The notes under the pieces were generated by a model. That model was not told where the DNA came from, made no database searches, and was given only the letters and a program-made list of their open reading frames with translations. A stretch of DNA of 64,000 nt from Promethearchaeota archaeon (lineage in GTDB: Archaea; Asgardarchaeota; Lokiarchaeia; Sigyniarchaeales; SOKP01), in NCBI GenBank assembly GCA_019058245.1, contig JAHPZJ010000013.1:137166-201165 (forward strand). Reading direction: 5' to 3'. Below, one piece after another: positions 29,332-40,142 of this stretch; the first letter of the stretch is position 1, and every line of letters starts with the position of its first letter. The position numbers were made by a program, and so were the translations under genes.

Positions 29332-29685
29332 ATGGTTGAAAAAGAAGTTCTAGAACAGAAATTAGCAGAGCTTATGGATATAGTTCCTGAGACAGAAGGA
29401 TTAATTGCTGCAGATGCTAATGGAAAAGTATTAGTTGGCCAGACAATTACTGATATGGACCATGGAAAGATTGCTAAGGCATGCGCAGCTATAATAAGAG
29501 ATTCTAATAATTTGGGTAAGGATATTGGGAAAGGTGGTTTAAAGACGACTACCATCGAATTAGACAAGGGTTTTGCTGTTTTAGTAGGCTCAGAGAAAAC
29601 TGTTTTAATTGGTTTAGCTGGAGTTGACGGAAGAAGTTCTCTCGCTCTCCTAAAAAGAAACTTAATCTCAATATCTAATTTATAA
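29332..29685 (+). CDS. Roadblock/LC7 (MglB-like) domain protein
   Basis: EGLIAADANGKVL...TTIELDKG; the ATG at 29332 is the likely start. Confidence 0.85.
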   Translation: MVEKEVLEQKLAELMDIVPETEGLIAADANGKVLVGQTITDMDHGKIAKACAAIIRDSNNLGKDIGKGGLKTTTIELDKGFAVLVGSEKTVLIGLAGVDGRSSLALLKRNLISISNL

Positions 29686-29750
29686 TCTATTTTTATTTTT
29701 CTCCTTTTTTAAAAGAATAGTATTCAAATGATAATATTATTTGTTTAGAG

Positions 29751-32700
29751 CTAATCTTTCTTTTCTTTATCGGTTAATCCTCTTTCTTCTAGAAGTGAAT
29801 CAAGATCAGTCTCTTTTTGCTCTTTATCTCCTTTAGGCTCTTCTAATTCCTTAGGAGGTATTTGGGGAGGAGTAGGTTTTTTCAATTCAGAAACAGGAAC
29901 ATATTTTCCTTTTCTTGGTCGTTTTTTAATTGGTTCTTCAATAGGAGTTTCAATTCGTTTTTTAATTCTCCAAGCATACATTATGGCACCAATCCAGACT
30001 ACAGCAATGATTGCTCCAATGATAAGTATAAAATATTCTATAAAGTAATCATAAAAGGGAGCAGAATAGACTTCAAATGAAGTTTCTTCAGTAATAGTTA
30101 TAGATTTATTAGTTAAGATATTTTGTGCCGTAACTGAAGTTGATATATTTAAAATGTTAATATTATTTATATCAACTTCCACAATTAAATCTGTACTTTC
30201 TCCTGGTAATAATTTTTCTAATTCTAAATAATCTATTGTAACTACTGAGTAGGATAAAGAACGATTAAAATCAATCGAGATATTCTGTAAGATCCTTAGA
30301 GTTGAGTCCCCAATATTATGGATTGTAATACTTATTGTTTCTTTTCTATTTTGATAAATACGATCTGAATTTTTATCGATAGAGATTGAGATCTGATTAG
30401 ATTGATGAAGAACATTAATTGAAATATTTTTTGAAGCACCATTTATGATGTCTCCATCCCATGATAGTTTTATTAATAAATCATCGTTGAAATCAATTTG
30501 TTGAGTATCAATTAAAAATTCTATATAACCATTTGAATTAGTATAATTTGAGTTCAAGAAAATCCATGAATTTAAATAATAATATTGACAGGAAATATTT
30601 TTATTTTCTAATGGAATTCCGAATTCAGTATGCAGTATTGAGCTAACATTAACAGTTTGACCTTTAATTAAAGTCTCAGGATTAATCGACGTATTAATAA
30701 ATTCACTATTTAATTTCAGAAAAAAATCTTTACTATATTGTGTATAGCTACTAAGATAATTTTTATCGAAAATATTTAGTAAAATTGAATTAGTATAAGG
30801 TAGATAAGTACATTCATCTCTTTCAAAATCATTGATTAAACTTTCACTACCTGTCTTTTCATTTATTTTTAATCCTAAAATATAACCATCATAATTATTA
30901 CTAGTTTTACTGCTGAGTAACGAAATGTGACCACTATTATATGTTCCAACCTCATTATCCTCAATATATACGGTAATTAATGTTTGTACCCCAGCTAACC
31001 TTATGGGACTATTTTCTCCCATCCACACGTAGGTAGAAGCATTTAATTCTGGAATTTTTATATTAACATTGAATTCATAATTATCATTTGGATCACCATA
31101 TAATTCTAATGAAACATTATCGGTAGTATTTTGTGCAATAATCCATTCTTCATTCGTATATGAAACAAGTTTCACGTTTATTTTAACATTAACAGGTAGG
31201 ATTTCATATAGATTTGTAATTGAAATTTTACAATTAACTGTTTCATTAGAATTAATAATATTTTGACTCTGTTTGAATGTATCAATTGATATTGGTATTT
31301 GTTGGTCACCAATTTCATAAATAAATTGAGCACTTATATTAGCATCATTAATTGGGAAATAATCAGGTATAGGAGCCCTTTTATTAACTGATGCAACTAA
31401 AACTGTATAATTCTGATATACTTTTTCTATTTTTCCATCAAGTATATTTTTATTTATCTTTGAATAGTATTCAAAATCATTAATCTCTGCTTCGTATGTA
31501 TCTATATATATTTTTAATGTTTTACATCCTATCGCTGAGCCATTATACCAGAAGTAGCCTAAATTATATTCTCCAAATATATTTAAATCTTTTGTCAGAT
31601 TCAAAATTGTCCGATTATCGAAATCATAGAATCGTGTATTACCATTAATAATTCCATCTGAAGAATTTAATTGTGTATCCTGAAATTGTGTACCATTAGG
31701 ATAAAAAAGAGTGACAGTTACATTACCATTAATAGGGGCTTTAGAATTATGGTCTTGTATCTTTAATGCTATAGAGATATTATCTCCATACATAAAACCG
31801 TTGGTTTCCCATAATGTTGCATTGTAATTTATATAACTATACATTTGATTAATAAAGTTATAGCTTGTTAAGTTTAGTGAGTATGTTCCATTAATATTTG
31901 CGAAACTGCTATTAACAACTACCTTATTATACTTTGGATTTCCAGTCAGATTTGTTTGTCCATTCAATCTCCAATAGATCTCTTGATTATTTGGGTTAGT
32001 TAAATTCTGAGCAGTGAAATAATCTGGATATACATACCAAAACTCATAAAAACTCCAATTATTAAATTCAGGGTTATATATATCTCGAGTATAATTAAAA
32101 ATCCATTCCGGGTTTTCATTGTATAATGCACTATAACTAGATAAAGCTGGTTCAATCCAATATGCATTCACTGAATATGATGATAAATTAAACTTAAAAC
32201 CTTTTATATTGGTTTTATCCCAAGAAAGATCAATTGTGAAATTATTGTAGCCTTCATCACTAATTGGTATCGTAAAATTATTTGCCCATTGTCCAATACC
32301 CCAGGTTAAATATGAAGTTTCATTATATGGATAAGAACTATCCTCTAAATCTACCAAAGGTAAATTCTGAATTGTTAAATTATAGTTACCAGATATATTA
32401 AAATCTGAGGGCATATAGCCTCTAGTGACATTTAACTTAAATAAACTAGCATCTAATTGTCCTGAGGTATATTGACCAGTTTGAGTATCAATTATTTTTT
32501 TAGCATTAACCCAAGTATTTCCGTCATCATTAGTTCTTTTCAATTGATGTTCTGTTTCGCTATCACCATAACTTATCCAAGGAAGTCCAACAAGACTATA
32601 TACAACTTTTGAATTATTAGACTTAATTACTATAAAATAATTAGACACGTTGAGTTTATCTGTTTTACTAGTGTTAAAATTAAAGTTAGTATAGTTATCG

Positions 32701-33854
32701 TCAATATAAGAATTAATAATTATTGTGTCTATCGGTGGAGTATCATCTGGACGTAAAGTATTATCTTGCAAATTGATTGTATCCCTAACAATAGTAGTAT
32801 TTGCTCTATATAATGTTATATTAATAGATGTATTAGCAGCTTCTGAAATATTTAAAGTTCTTATCCAAACATTAAATCCATTAACAGTACAATTATTTCC
32901 CTTTAGATCAAATTCTAAAGCAACATAACTCTCATTAGTTATGGGTAAATCAAAAGCGAAAGTAGATTGTAAGTTATACTCATAAACGGAGGCCTCAAAA
33001 GGAGTATGGTCATCTCTTTCGAATATAAACTGAATTTGGGTTATATTTGATAAATCTATGAAATTTAAATTTTGATTAATTATATGATCCTCTAATTCTT
33101 GGGTATTTAAACTACTATTGAATGAAAGTCCTGATGTCACATTTACCCAAATAGATTGGAAAGAATTATATACACTCACGGTTAAGTTTGCATTTGCATC
33201 AAGTGAAATTACTAAAGATGAGATTAGACTCAAAATATTCGATCTATTAAAAATTACATTTTCCGAAGCTCCTGCAACGGCTTTAGTGTTAGTGAAATTG
33301 GCTGAAATTGTAAAATTCAGAATTCCTTTTGTCGCATTTAAAACAGCACAAGTTTCATCATTATTATCAATTATTTGAGAGAAATCATTCTCTTTTAAAT
33401 CAGTATCAGGATCTAAAGTCCAATTTGATGTTGTAGTACTATAATTAAACGCAATGTAATTATTGACAAATAACGCATCGTTATCTTCTATTATATAATC
33501 AGTAGTATAATTGTTTTGAAAATTAAAGGTGAAATTCCCATACGTAAGAACCATCTCTTCAGAAGAAAGTGAAGGGATTTCGAAAGATTCTTGATTATCG
33601 TTTAAATTGTTGGAGACATTATTTACATAAATTCTGACTGTTTGATTAAATCCAGAACCTGTGATAGGGTCACTTAAATTTAAATTAGAGCTTAAGTTAA
33701 TATCATCTAATATATCTTCTTTAGTAATATTGCTATTTTTATCTTTTTGATTTATATTAAAAATACCGAAGAAGTAGATATTAGATAAAAAAATTGTTAT
33801 GACAAAAAATGAAACTAAAAAACAGCGTGATATCTCCTTTTTTCGTCGAATCAA
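29751..33854 (-). CDS. Large membrane-anchored cell-surface glycoprotein
   Basis: N-terminal signal/TM, many N-x-S/T sequons, beta-rich body, C-terminal TM and charged tail. Confidence 0.8.
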   Translation of the reverse strand: MIRRKKEISRCFLVSFFVITIFLSNIYFFGIFNINQKDKNSNITKEDILDDINLSSNLNLSDPITGSGFNQTVRIYVNNVSNNLNDNQESFEIPSLSSEEMVLTYGNFTFNFQNNYTTDYIIEDNDALFVNNYIAFNYSTTTSNWTLDPDTDLKENDFSQIIDNNDETCAVLNATKGILNFTISANFTNTKAVAGASENVIFNRSNILSLISSLVISLDANANLTVSVYNSFQSIWVNVTSGLSFNSSLNTQELEDHIINQNLNFIDLSNITQIQFIFERDDHTPFEASVYEYNLQSTFAFDLPITNESYVALEFDLKGNNCTVNGFNVWIRTLNISEAANTSINITLYRANTTIVRDTINLQDNTLRPDDTPPIDTIIINSYIDDNYTNFNFNTSKTDKLNVSNYFIVIKSNNSKVVYSLVGLPWISYGDSETEHQLKRTNDDGNTWVNAKKIIDTQTGQYTSGQLDASLFKLNVTRGYMPSDFNISGNYNLTIQNLPLVDLEDSSYPYNETSYLTWGIGQWANNFTIPISDEGYNNFTIDLSWDKTNIKGFKFNLSSYSVNAYWIEPALSSYSALYNENPEWIFNYTRDIYNPEFNNWSFYEFWYVYPDYFTAQNLTNPNNQEIYWRLNGQTNLTGNPKYNKVVVNSSFANINGTYSLNLTSYNFINQMYSYINYNATLWETNGFMYGDNISIALKIQDHNSKAPINGNVTVTLFYPNGTQFQDTQLNSSDGIINGNTRFYDFDNRTILNLTKDLNIFGEYNLGYFWYNGSAIGCKTLKIYIDTYEAEINDFEYYSKINKNILDGKIEKVYQNYTVLVASVNKRAPIPDYFPINDANISAQFIYEIGDQQIPISIDTFKQSQNIINSNETVNCKISITNLYEILPVNVKINVKLVSYTNEEWIIAQNTTDNVSLELYGDPNDNYEFNVNIKIPELNASTYVWMGENSPIRLAGVQTLITVYIEDNEVGTYNSGHISLLSSKTSNNYDGYILGLKINEKTGSESLINDFERDECTYLPYTNSILLNIFDKNYLSSYTQYSKDFFLKLNSEFINTSINPETLIKGQTVNVSSILHTEFGIPLENKNISCQYYYLNSWIFLNSNYTNSNGYIEFLIDTQQIDFNDDLLIKLSWDGDIINGASKNISINVLHQSNQISISIDKNSDRIYQNRKETISITIHNIGDSTLRILQNISIDFNRSLSYSVVTIDYLELEKLLPGESTDLIVEVDINNINILNISTSVTAQNILTNKSITITEETSFEVYSAPFYDYFIEYFILIIGAIIAVVWIGAIMYAWRIKKRIETPIEEPIKKRPRKGKYVPVSELKKPTPPQIPPKELEEPKGDKEQKETDLDSLLEERGLTDKEKKD

Positions 33855-34002
33855 AAAGACAACCGTAATCTCTAATTTTTGTTTATAAAATAATTGAATA
33901 GTATTAAAGTTTATTAGTGAGCTGTAGAATTTAACAAAATATTTTATAGTTTCAAATTTATCTTAAATAGAGGCATTATTAATTATTATAAAGAGAAATT
34001 TT

Positions 34003-35364
34003 ATGACTGAAGAGTTAATTCTTAATGAAATTGAAGCTAATACTGAAGAATATATCGAATTTTTAAGAGAATTAATACAAACTGATTCATATAATCCTCC
34101 AGGCAATGAAAAAAATATAGCAATTAAAATTGAAAAATATCTAAAGAATATAGGAATTGATTGTGAGATATTTCCTTTTGGAGAGAATCGAGCTAATCTA
34201 ATTGCGTATTTAATTAATGATTCTAATGGTAAGAATCTCTTATATAATGGGCATATGGATGTAGTTCCTCCAGGAAATGAAGAAGAATGGAGCACTCCAC
34301 CTTTATCTGCTAAAATTAGAGGTGGTAAAGCAAGGAGGAAGATGTTTGGTAGAGGTACGGTAGATATGAAATCAGGATTAGCAGCAATGACTATAGCTCT
34401 AAAAATATTGAAAAAATTAAATTTAATTAAATCAGGTAATTTAATTTTAAATGCTGTTGCAGATGAAGAAGTCGGTGGTGAAGTAGGTACTCTATGGAGT
34501 TTAGATAATGTATTAAAATCGAAAAAAATAAATTTTGCTTTAATTGGTGAACCAACGGGACTAGATCCCTTATCGAAGGCAATAATTATTGGAGAAAAAG
34601 GACGTGTGGCGATAAGAATAATAACAAATGGGATTTCAGGTCATGCTTCGGTACCAATTCTAGGAAAAAATGCTATTTATATGATGAGTGAAATAATTCA
34701 AAATTTGGATAGAATAGATAAATTTTTTCCTAAAATAGAACCTCCCTTGCCTCTAGAGAAAATAAAGGAATTAATTAGTGTTGTCTTTCCAAGTAAAGCA
34801 GTTTTTGAGAAAATTTTAAGTGAGCAACAAATACTCCAAAATATTATTAACGCCAATTCTCAATTTACAAAAAATTTAACAATGATTAAGGGAGGTATCA
34901 AATCAAATGTTGTTCCAGATCATTGCGAGGCAGTAATTGATTTTAGAATATTGCCAGGACAAACGGTTGAAATGGTTTTAAATAGTTTGAAGAAATTGAT
35001 TAATGAATTAGGTTTTGAAGTAAAAGATGAGCCCATAGGACTTCCTAAAGAAATATTTGTATATCTAGATGTAGAATATGCTGGTGAAGCATCATTTTTT
35101 AGTGGTTGGGAACACTCGAAAAGTTTAAATGATTTTTATACAATTGTAGAAAAATTTTATGATAAAAAGCCTTTCTATTTTCTATATCCAGCAAGCTCAG
35201 ATGCAAAATTTTATAGAAACAAAAATTTTTGCCAATCTACAATTTTATTTGGTCCCGGAAATGCACAACTTGCCCATACAACTAATGAAAATATCGAAAT
35301 AAATGACTTTATTAATGCAATCAAAGTTTATACTTTATTTGCTTATAATTTTTTAAAGGATTAA
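34003..35364 (+). CDS. M20 metallopeptidase, ArgE/DapE family
   Basis: NGHMDVVP, GRGTVDMKSG, DEE, GEP, GHAS, NVVPD, AHTTNE. Confidence 0.92.
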   Translation: MTEELILNEIEANTEEYIEFLRELIQTDSYNPPGNEKNIAIKIEKYLKNIGIDCEIFPFGENRANLIAYLINDSNGKNLLYNGHMDVVPPGNEEEWSTPPLSAKIRGGKARRKMFGRGTVDMKSGLAAMTIALKILKKLNLIKSGNLILNAVADEEVGGEVGTLWSLDNVLKSKKINFALIGEPTGLDPLSKAIIIGEKGRVAIRIITNGISGHASVPILGKNAIYMMSEIIQNLDRIDKFFPKIEPPLPLEKIKELISVVFPSKAVFEKILSEQQILQNIINANSQFTKNLTMIKGGIKSNVVPDHCEAVIDFRILPGQTVEMVLNSLKKLINELGFEVKDEPIGLPKEIFVYLDVEYAGEASFFSGWEHSKSLNDFYTIVEKFYDKKPFYFLYPASSDAKFYRNKNFCQSTILFGPGNAQLAHTTNENIEINDFINAIKVYTLFAYNFLKD

Positions 35365-35450
35365 TGACTTTCAAAATGATATAGAAATTTATAAGATTCT
35401 ACTCTTATTAATTTATTAAATCTCAATAAATAAACAAAATAAGCAAGTCC

Positions 35451-36629
35451 TTGCCTGATATAAAAATAGAAGATACAGTTATTCTTTTAGATACTTCTAG
35501 ATCTATGTTGAGAAAAGATTTTAAACCAAGTAGATTAGTGATTGAATTACAAACAGTTAAAAATTTCATTCAATCAAAATTATCAATAGATATGAAAGAT
35601 AGAATATCAATAATTTCTTTTGGGGGAGTTTCTAAAAAATTGGTTGATTTTACATTTGAAGTAGATAAGTTAATTAAAGCATTATATAAAATTCAAATAT
35701 CAGGTCGCGGAAATTTACATGAAGGGATTGCCTTTGCCTTACAAATATTGGTCGAAGAGATGCGAAAAATTGGTGGAAAGACTTCCCGTATTTTGATTAT
35801 AACTGATAACAAGTTAAATATTGATACAAATAGAATAATTAAATTGGTTAATATAGCAAAAGGTTTAGGTGTAATTATTGATTCTTGTCAGTTAGGAGGA
35901 GACGAAGACTATGGAGATTATTCTTTAAAAAGAATAAGTCAACGTACTGAAGGAGAATATGGACATTTTGATAATTCAAAAGCAATTATTAGTGCTGGTA
36001 AAACCTTTGCTTCAAAAAAAGATGTTAAGGAAACTTACGATTATTTTTCTCAAGATAAAAAAGATAAAATTGCACCTCTAGTAAGTGAAATTGCATTACC
36101 ATTAAGAAGACCAACTCTATTAGATATTAGGTTAATGATGGGGGGAACTAATAAAGGACAAGAAAAATGCCAAATTTGTCATTCCGTTAAATCAGCGGTT
36201 ACAGGAGCAGGTTTTTTTAGTGAGGGCCGCTACTGTCCAAGTTGCGATCGTGCAATGCATCTTTCTTGCGCTGCGATGTGGGCTAAGAGGACAGAATATA
36301 AAGAAAATGTATTTAGATGCCCTTTTTGTTTTTTCCTTCTGGAATTACCAAGAGCAGCATTAAAATTGATTAAAGGTGAAATAAAAGAATTTCAAGAAAA
36401 AATAATTATTGATGAAAATGAAAAGTCAATAACAAAAATGATTTTAATATCTAATGAAGAAGTAGATAAAATTGACTCATCATGTTCATATTGTAATAGT
36501 ATTTTTTTAGGGGATTTTAAAGTTTTTCAATGCGAAAATTGTAATGCATATTATCATGAACCTTGCTTGGAAAAAATGAAAAAAGAAATTAAGGCATGTA
36601 GGTATTGTGGAGCAAAAATTACGTCATAA
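35451..36629 (+). CDS. vWA domain protein (Ssl1/p44/Rpn10-like) with two C-terminal RING/PHD-like zinc fingers
   Basis: LLDTSRSMLRKDFKPSRL; CQIC...CPSC...HLSC...CPFC; CSYC...CENC...HEPC...CRYC. Confidence 0.8.
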   Translation: MPDIKIEDTVILLDTSRSMLRKDFKPSRLVIELQTVKNFIQSKLSIDMKDRISIISFGGVSKKLVDFTFEVDKLIKALYKIQISGRGNLHEGIAFALQILVEEMRKIGGKTSRILIITDNKLNIDTNRIIKLVNIAKGLGVIIDSCQLGGDEDYGDYSLKRISQRTEGEYGHFDNSKAIISAGKTFASKKDVKETYDYFSQDKKDKIAPLVSEIALPLRRPTLLDIRLMMGGTNKGQEKCQICHSVKSAVTGAGFFSEGRYCPSCDRAMHLSCAAMWAKRTEYKENVFRCPFCFFLLELPRAALKLIKGEIKEFQEKIIIDENEKSITKMILISNEEVDKIDSSCSYCNSIFLGDFKVFQCENCNAYYHEPCLEKMKKEIKACRYCGAKITS

Positions 36630-36707
36630 CAACTAATTATTTATTCTTGTTTTGTTTAAATTATTTAAATTATCATACTTTTTCTTTAATAGCTTAAAAT
36701 TGAGAGG

Positions 36708-38762
36708 TTGATTAAATTAGGGAATAAAAAACGATCAAAGTGGATTATTACTTCAGCATGGCCTTATGTAAATGCAATACCTCATTTAGGCAATTTAATT
36801 GGAAGTACTTTATCAGCGGATGTATTTGCTCGTTTTTTAAGAATGAAAGGGGAAGAAGTGGTATTTGTTTCCGGATCGGATTCTCATGGAACTCCTGTTT
36901 CTATAGAAGCAAAAAAGTTAAAAGTTCCGGCAGAAGAACTGGCATTTAAATATCATAAGATTATTAAAGATTTGCACGAGAAATGGCAAATCTCTTTCGA
37001 TAATTACACAATAACACATAATCCAATACATATTGAATTTGTCCAAAAAATGTATTTAGATATACAAAAAAACGGTTATATTATTGAAAAAGAAAATGAA
37101 TCATTATATTGTGAGACTGATGACTTATTTTTACCCGATCGTTTTGTAGAGGGGACATGTCCTCATTGTAATTTTGAGGATGCTAGAGGAGATCAATGTG
37201 ATTATTGTCAAAAATTATTAACTCCTTTAGAACTTATTAAACCTAAATGTGCTGTTTGTGGCAATACTCCGACTGTCAAAAAAACAAAACATTGGTATTT
37301 AGATCTGCCAAGATTACAAAATAGATTAAGAGATCTAATTGAAAAAAATGAAATTATCCCTGTTAATGCTCGACAAATGTGTTTAAATAGTATAGATGAA
37401 GGTTTACCCGAACGAGCAATAACACGGGATTTAGAATGGGGAATACCCGCTCCATTTAAAAATGCAGAAGGTAAGACCATATATGTGTGGTTTGAAGCAG
37501 TATTGGGATATATCACAGCCGTTAAAGAATGGGCAGAGAAAATAATTAATGAACCAGATAAATTTGAATATTTTTGGAATGATTCTAATACTAAAACAGT
37601 ATACTTTATAGGTAAAGATAATATCATTTTCCATTTGATCGTTTTTCCTGCATTAATATTAGCATATAATGATAATAAAAAAGAAGGGAAAAAACTCGTA
37701 TTACCTTACAATGTTTCATCAACAGAATGGTTAATGTACGAGAACACTAAATTTTCAAAATCAAGGGGGATAGGCATTTGGATTGATGATGCTCTCAAAT
37801 TAGCGCCATTAGATTATTGGAGATTTAATCTAATCTATAATAGACCCGAAAAAAGTGATGCTTCATTTTTATGGTCTGAATTTGAAAATAATATAAAAAT
37901 GCTAAACGATGTTATAGGTAATTTTATTCACAGATCATTAACATTTATAAATAAGCAATTTAATAGTACAATTCCAAAAAGAATAGAATTAGATAATATT
38001 GATAAGGATTTTATTCTAAAAATTGAAGAGATATCTGGAAAGATAGGAGGTTTACTAGAGAATTTTGAGTTAAGAAAGGCACTAAGGGAAATTGTGAATT
38101 TTGGTAGAGAAGGAAATATCTTTTTAAACGATAAGGCTCCTTGGCATCTAATAAAAAAAAATAAAAATGCAGCAGGGCAAGTTTTTAATTTATGTGCTCA
38201 AGCTGTTTACGCATTAGCAATTCTCTTGGGACCATTCATTCCTGAAACATCGAATAAAATTTTAAATTTTCTCAATGTTAATGAACCTATAGAAGAATTA
38301 AGTTGGTATAGTATTAAAGATAATGTACTTAAAGAGGGACATAAATTAAAAATTCCAGAACCACTTTTTCAAAAATTAGATATTACAGAATTAATCTCGA
38401 AATTAGAAACTGTAAAAAAAACTGAAAAAGGTGAGAAAGAATTGGTATCATATGAAGAATTTAAAAAATTAGATATAAGAGTCGCATTAATAGAAAATAT
38501 TGAAAAAGTTCCTAAAGCTGATAAGCTCTATAAATTATCTATTGATTTGGGAAATGAGAAAAGAACTCTAGTTGCTGGATTGGCTGAATATTATAAACCA
38601 GATGATTTAAAAGGAAAAAAAATAATTGTTTTAACTAATTTAGAACCAAGAAAATTAAAAGGAATTTTAAGTGAAGGAATGCTTCTTGCAGCAGTAGATG
38701 GTGATAATGTATCAATTTTAGTACCTGATAAAGATTTACCTCTTGGAGCTAGAATTGAGTAA
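36708..38762 (+). CDS. metG: Methionine--tRNA ligase with C-terminal tRNA-binding domain
   Basis: PHLGN (HIGH), zinc knuckles, YVWFEA, KFSKS, SEGMLLAA. Confidence 0.97.
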   Translation: MIKLGNKKRSKWIITSAWPYVNAIPHLGNLIGSTLSADVFARFLRMKGEEVVFVSGSDSHGTPVSIEAKKLKVPAEELAFKYHKIIKDLHEKWQISFDNYTITHNPIHIEFVQKMYLDIQKNGYIIEKENESLYCETDDLFLPDRFVEGTCPHCNFEDARGDQCDYCQKLLTPLELIKPKCAVCGNTPTVKKTKHWYLDLPRLQNRLRDLIEKNEIIPVNARQMCLNSIDEGLPERAITRDLEWGIPAPFKNAEGKTIYVWFEAVLGYITAVKEWAEKIINEPDKFEYFWNDSNTKTVYFIGKDNIIFHLIVFPALILAYNDNKKEGKKLVLPYNVSSTEWLMYENTKFSKSRGIGIWIDDALKLAPLDYWRFNLIYNRPEKSDASFLWSEFENNIKMLNDVIGNFIHRSLTFINKQFNSTIPKRIELDNIDKDFILKIEEISGKIGGLLENFELRKALREIVNFGREGNIFLNDKAPWHLIKKNKNAAGQVFNLCAQAVYALAILLGPFIPETSNKILNFLNVNEPIEELSWYSIKDNVLKEGHKLKIPEPLFQKLDITELISKLETVKKTEKGEKELVSYEEFKKLDIRVALIENIEKVPKADKLYKLSIDLGNEKRTLVAGLAEYYKPDDLKGKKIIVLTNLEPRKLKGILSEGMLLAAVDGDNVSILVPDKDLPLGARIE

Positions 38763-40007
38763 TTATAATTTCAGTGAGAATAATGGATTTAATCGAGCTA
38801 TGATTTCTCCAAGATCTAATTGAATTGTTTTAAGAATAATATCCCGACCTCTATATTCAAATTGTAATTCACTTACATTCCTAATTATTTTTAGTCTACT
38901 TATATTTGTTTTTAAAGAAGTAACAAAATATCTCTGATCCTTGTAATCTAAAATATCTAAAACGTCTTTAATGTCATTAAAAGAATATCCTCCCCCATGA
39001 GGAAGAATACAAGCATTTGTCAATAATTCTATAAGTTCTAATTCTTCTGCCCGTTCAAAAAAGTTTTCATTTTTTAATGTTGTCTCAGATAAATTTTTTT
39101 TTCCTTGGAATAAATAAGCCGAAATATCTGCCCTGAGTGTTGTTGGAAAAATGTTTGACTTTATTAAATTACAATCAATGTCTGTACAATTACTTCCCAT
39201 GTACATATTATTATAATCCTTTAAAAATTGATGAGATTGATTACAAATTGTTTTATATCCATAATCAAATAGATTATCAGCGATGATTTCTCTTTTTTTA
39301 TTAGAAAATTTAATAGCTTTTTTGTTAAAATCAAGGTATTCTTTCGCGACAGAATCTAATAAAATATATTGTTTACCCAATTTGGTATCTTCTTCAATCG
39401 CAAGTTCTTTTAATGTTTTTGATTTGTCAATATATAATCCAATCCCATTTTCGTCATCCCTAAATTCTGGTGCACTACCATGGATTAAGAACACATAGGG
39501 TGGAAGTTCTATATTGGATAAATTCTTTGTTTCAAAACAATTAATAAAATGATTTGATATATCATAATCCCAATTTATCAAAATATCATTGTGATAAAGC
39601 TCTTTTGACTTAATTATATCAATTTTCTTAATTAATGTATAAGGATCTGGAATTTCTTCCAAACCACCAACTAATATACCACAACAATTGGGTTTTGTGT
39701 TAAGGAAAATTAATTTTTCATTTCCATTTCCCCAATTTAGTCGACCCCCATATCCTAGACCAGAATTCCATCTAAACTTATTTCTTGAGATTGTCTCATC
39801 AGGAGACGATATGAAAGTTGCTTTTGGGTCAATTCCATATTTTTGTTGAATAAGTTGGAAGGAGGCTAAGCCATATTGCATATTAGCGCGGCATAATTTT
39901 GAGGTGGCATCATTTAAACCAGTTGAAAAAATGAATTGACTTGCTCTATCTAATAAATCTACTTTTGAAAGTGCCGATATTTCTGGAGAGAGGATTGAAG
40001 AATCCAT
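38763..40007 (-). CDS. Divergent RtcB-like protein
   Basis: Ordered motifs PNCCG, SNHF, IHGS, SHQ and PHGGG parallel RtcB DxxCG, NHF, HxGS, HN and HGAG. Confidence 0.6.
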   Translation of the reverse strand: MDSSILSPEISALSKVDLLDRASQFIFSTGLNDATSKLCRANMQYGLASFQLIQQKYGIDPKATFISSPDETISRNKFRWNSGLGYGGRLNWGNGNEKLIFLNTKPNCCGILVGGLEEIPDPYTLIKKIDIIKSKELYHNDILINWDYDISNHFINCFETKNLSNIELPPYVFLIHGSAPEFRDDENGIGLYIDKSKTLKELAIEEDTKLGKQYILLDSVAKEYLDFNKKAIKFSNKKREIIADNLFDYGYKTICNQSHQFLKDYNNMYMGSNCTDIDCNLIKSNIFPTTLRADISAYLFQGKKNLSETTLKNENFFERAEELELIELLTNACILPHGGGYSFNDIKDVLDILDYKDQRYFVTSLKTNISRLKIIRNVSELQFEYRGRDIILKTIQLDLGEIIARLNPLFSLKL

Positions 40008-40142
40008 TTTATAAAAAAAAATAGTATATATATTATACTCTATCTAAAAATATATGAAAAGATAATATATATAATATTAATGATAATATGTTGAAAAATT
40101 CCTATAAAAAAAATCAAAATTATTGATGAAAAAATAGTAACC

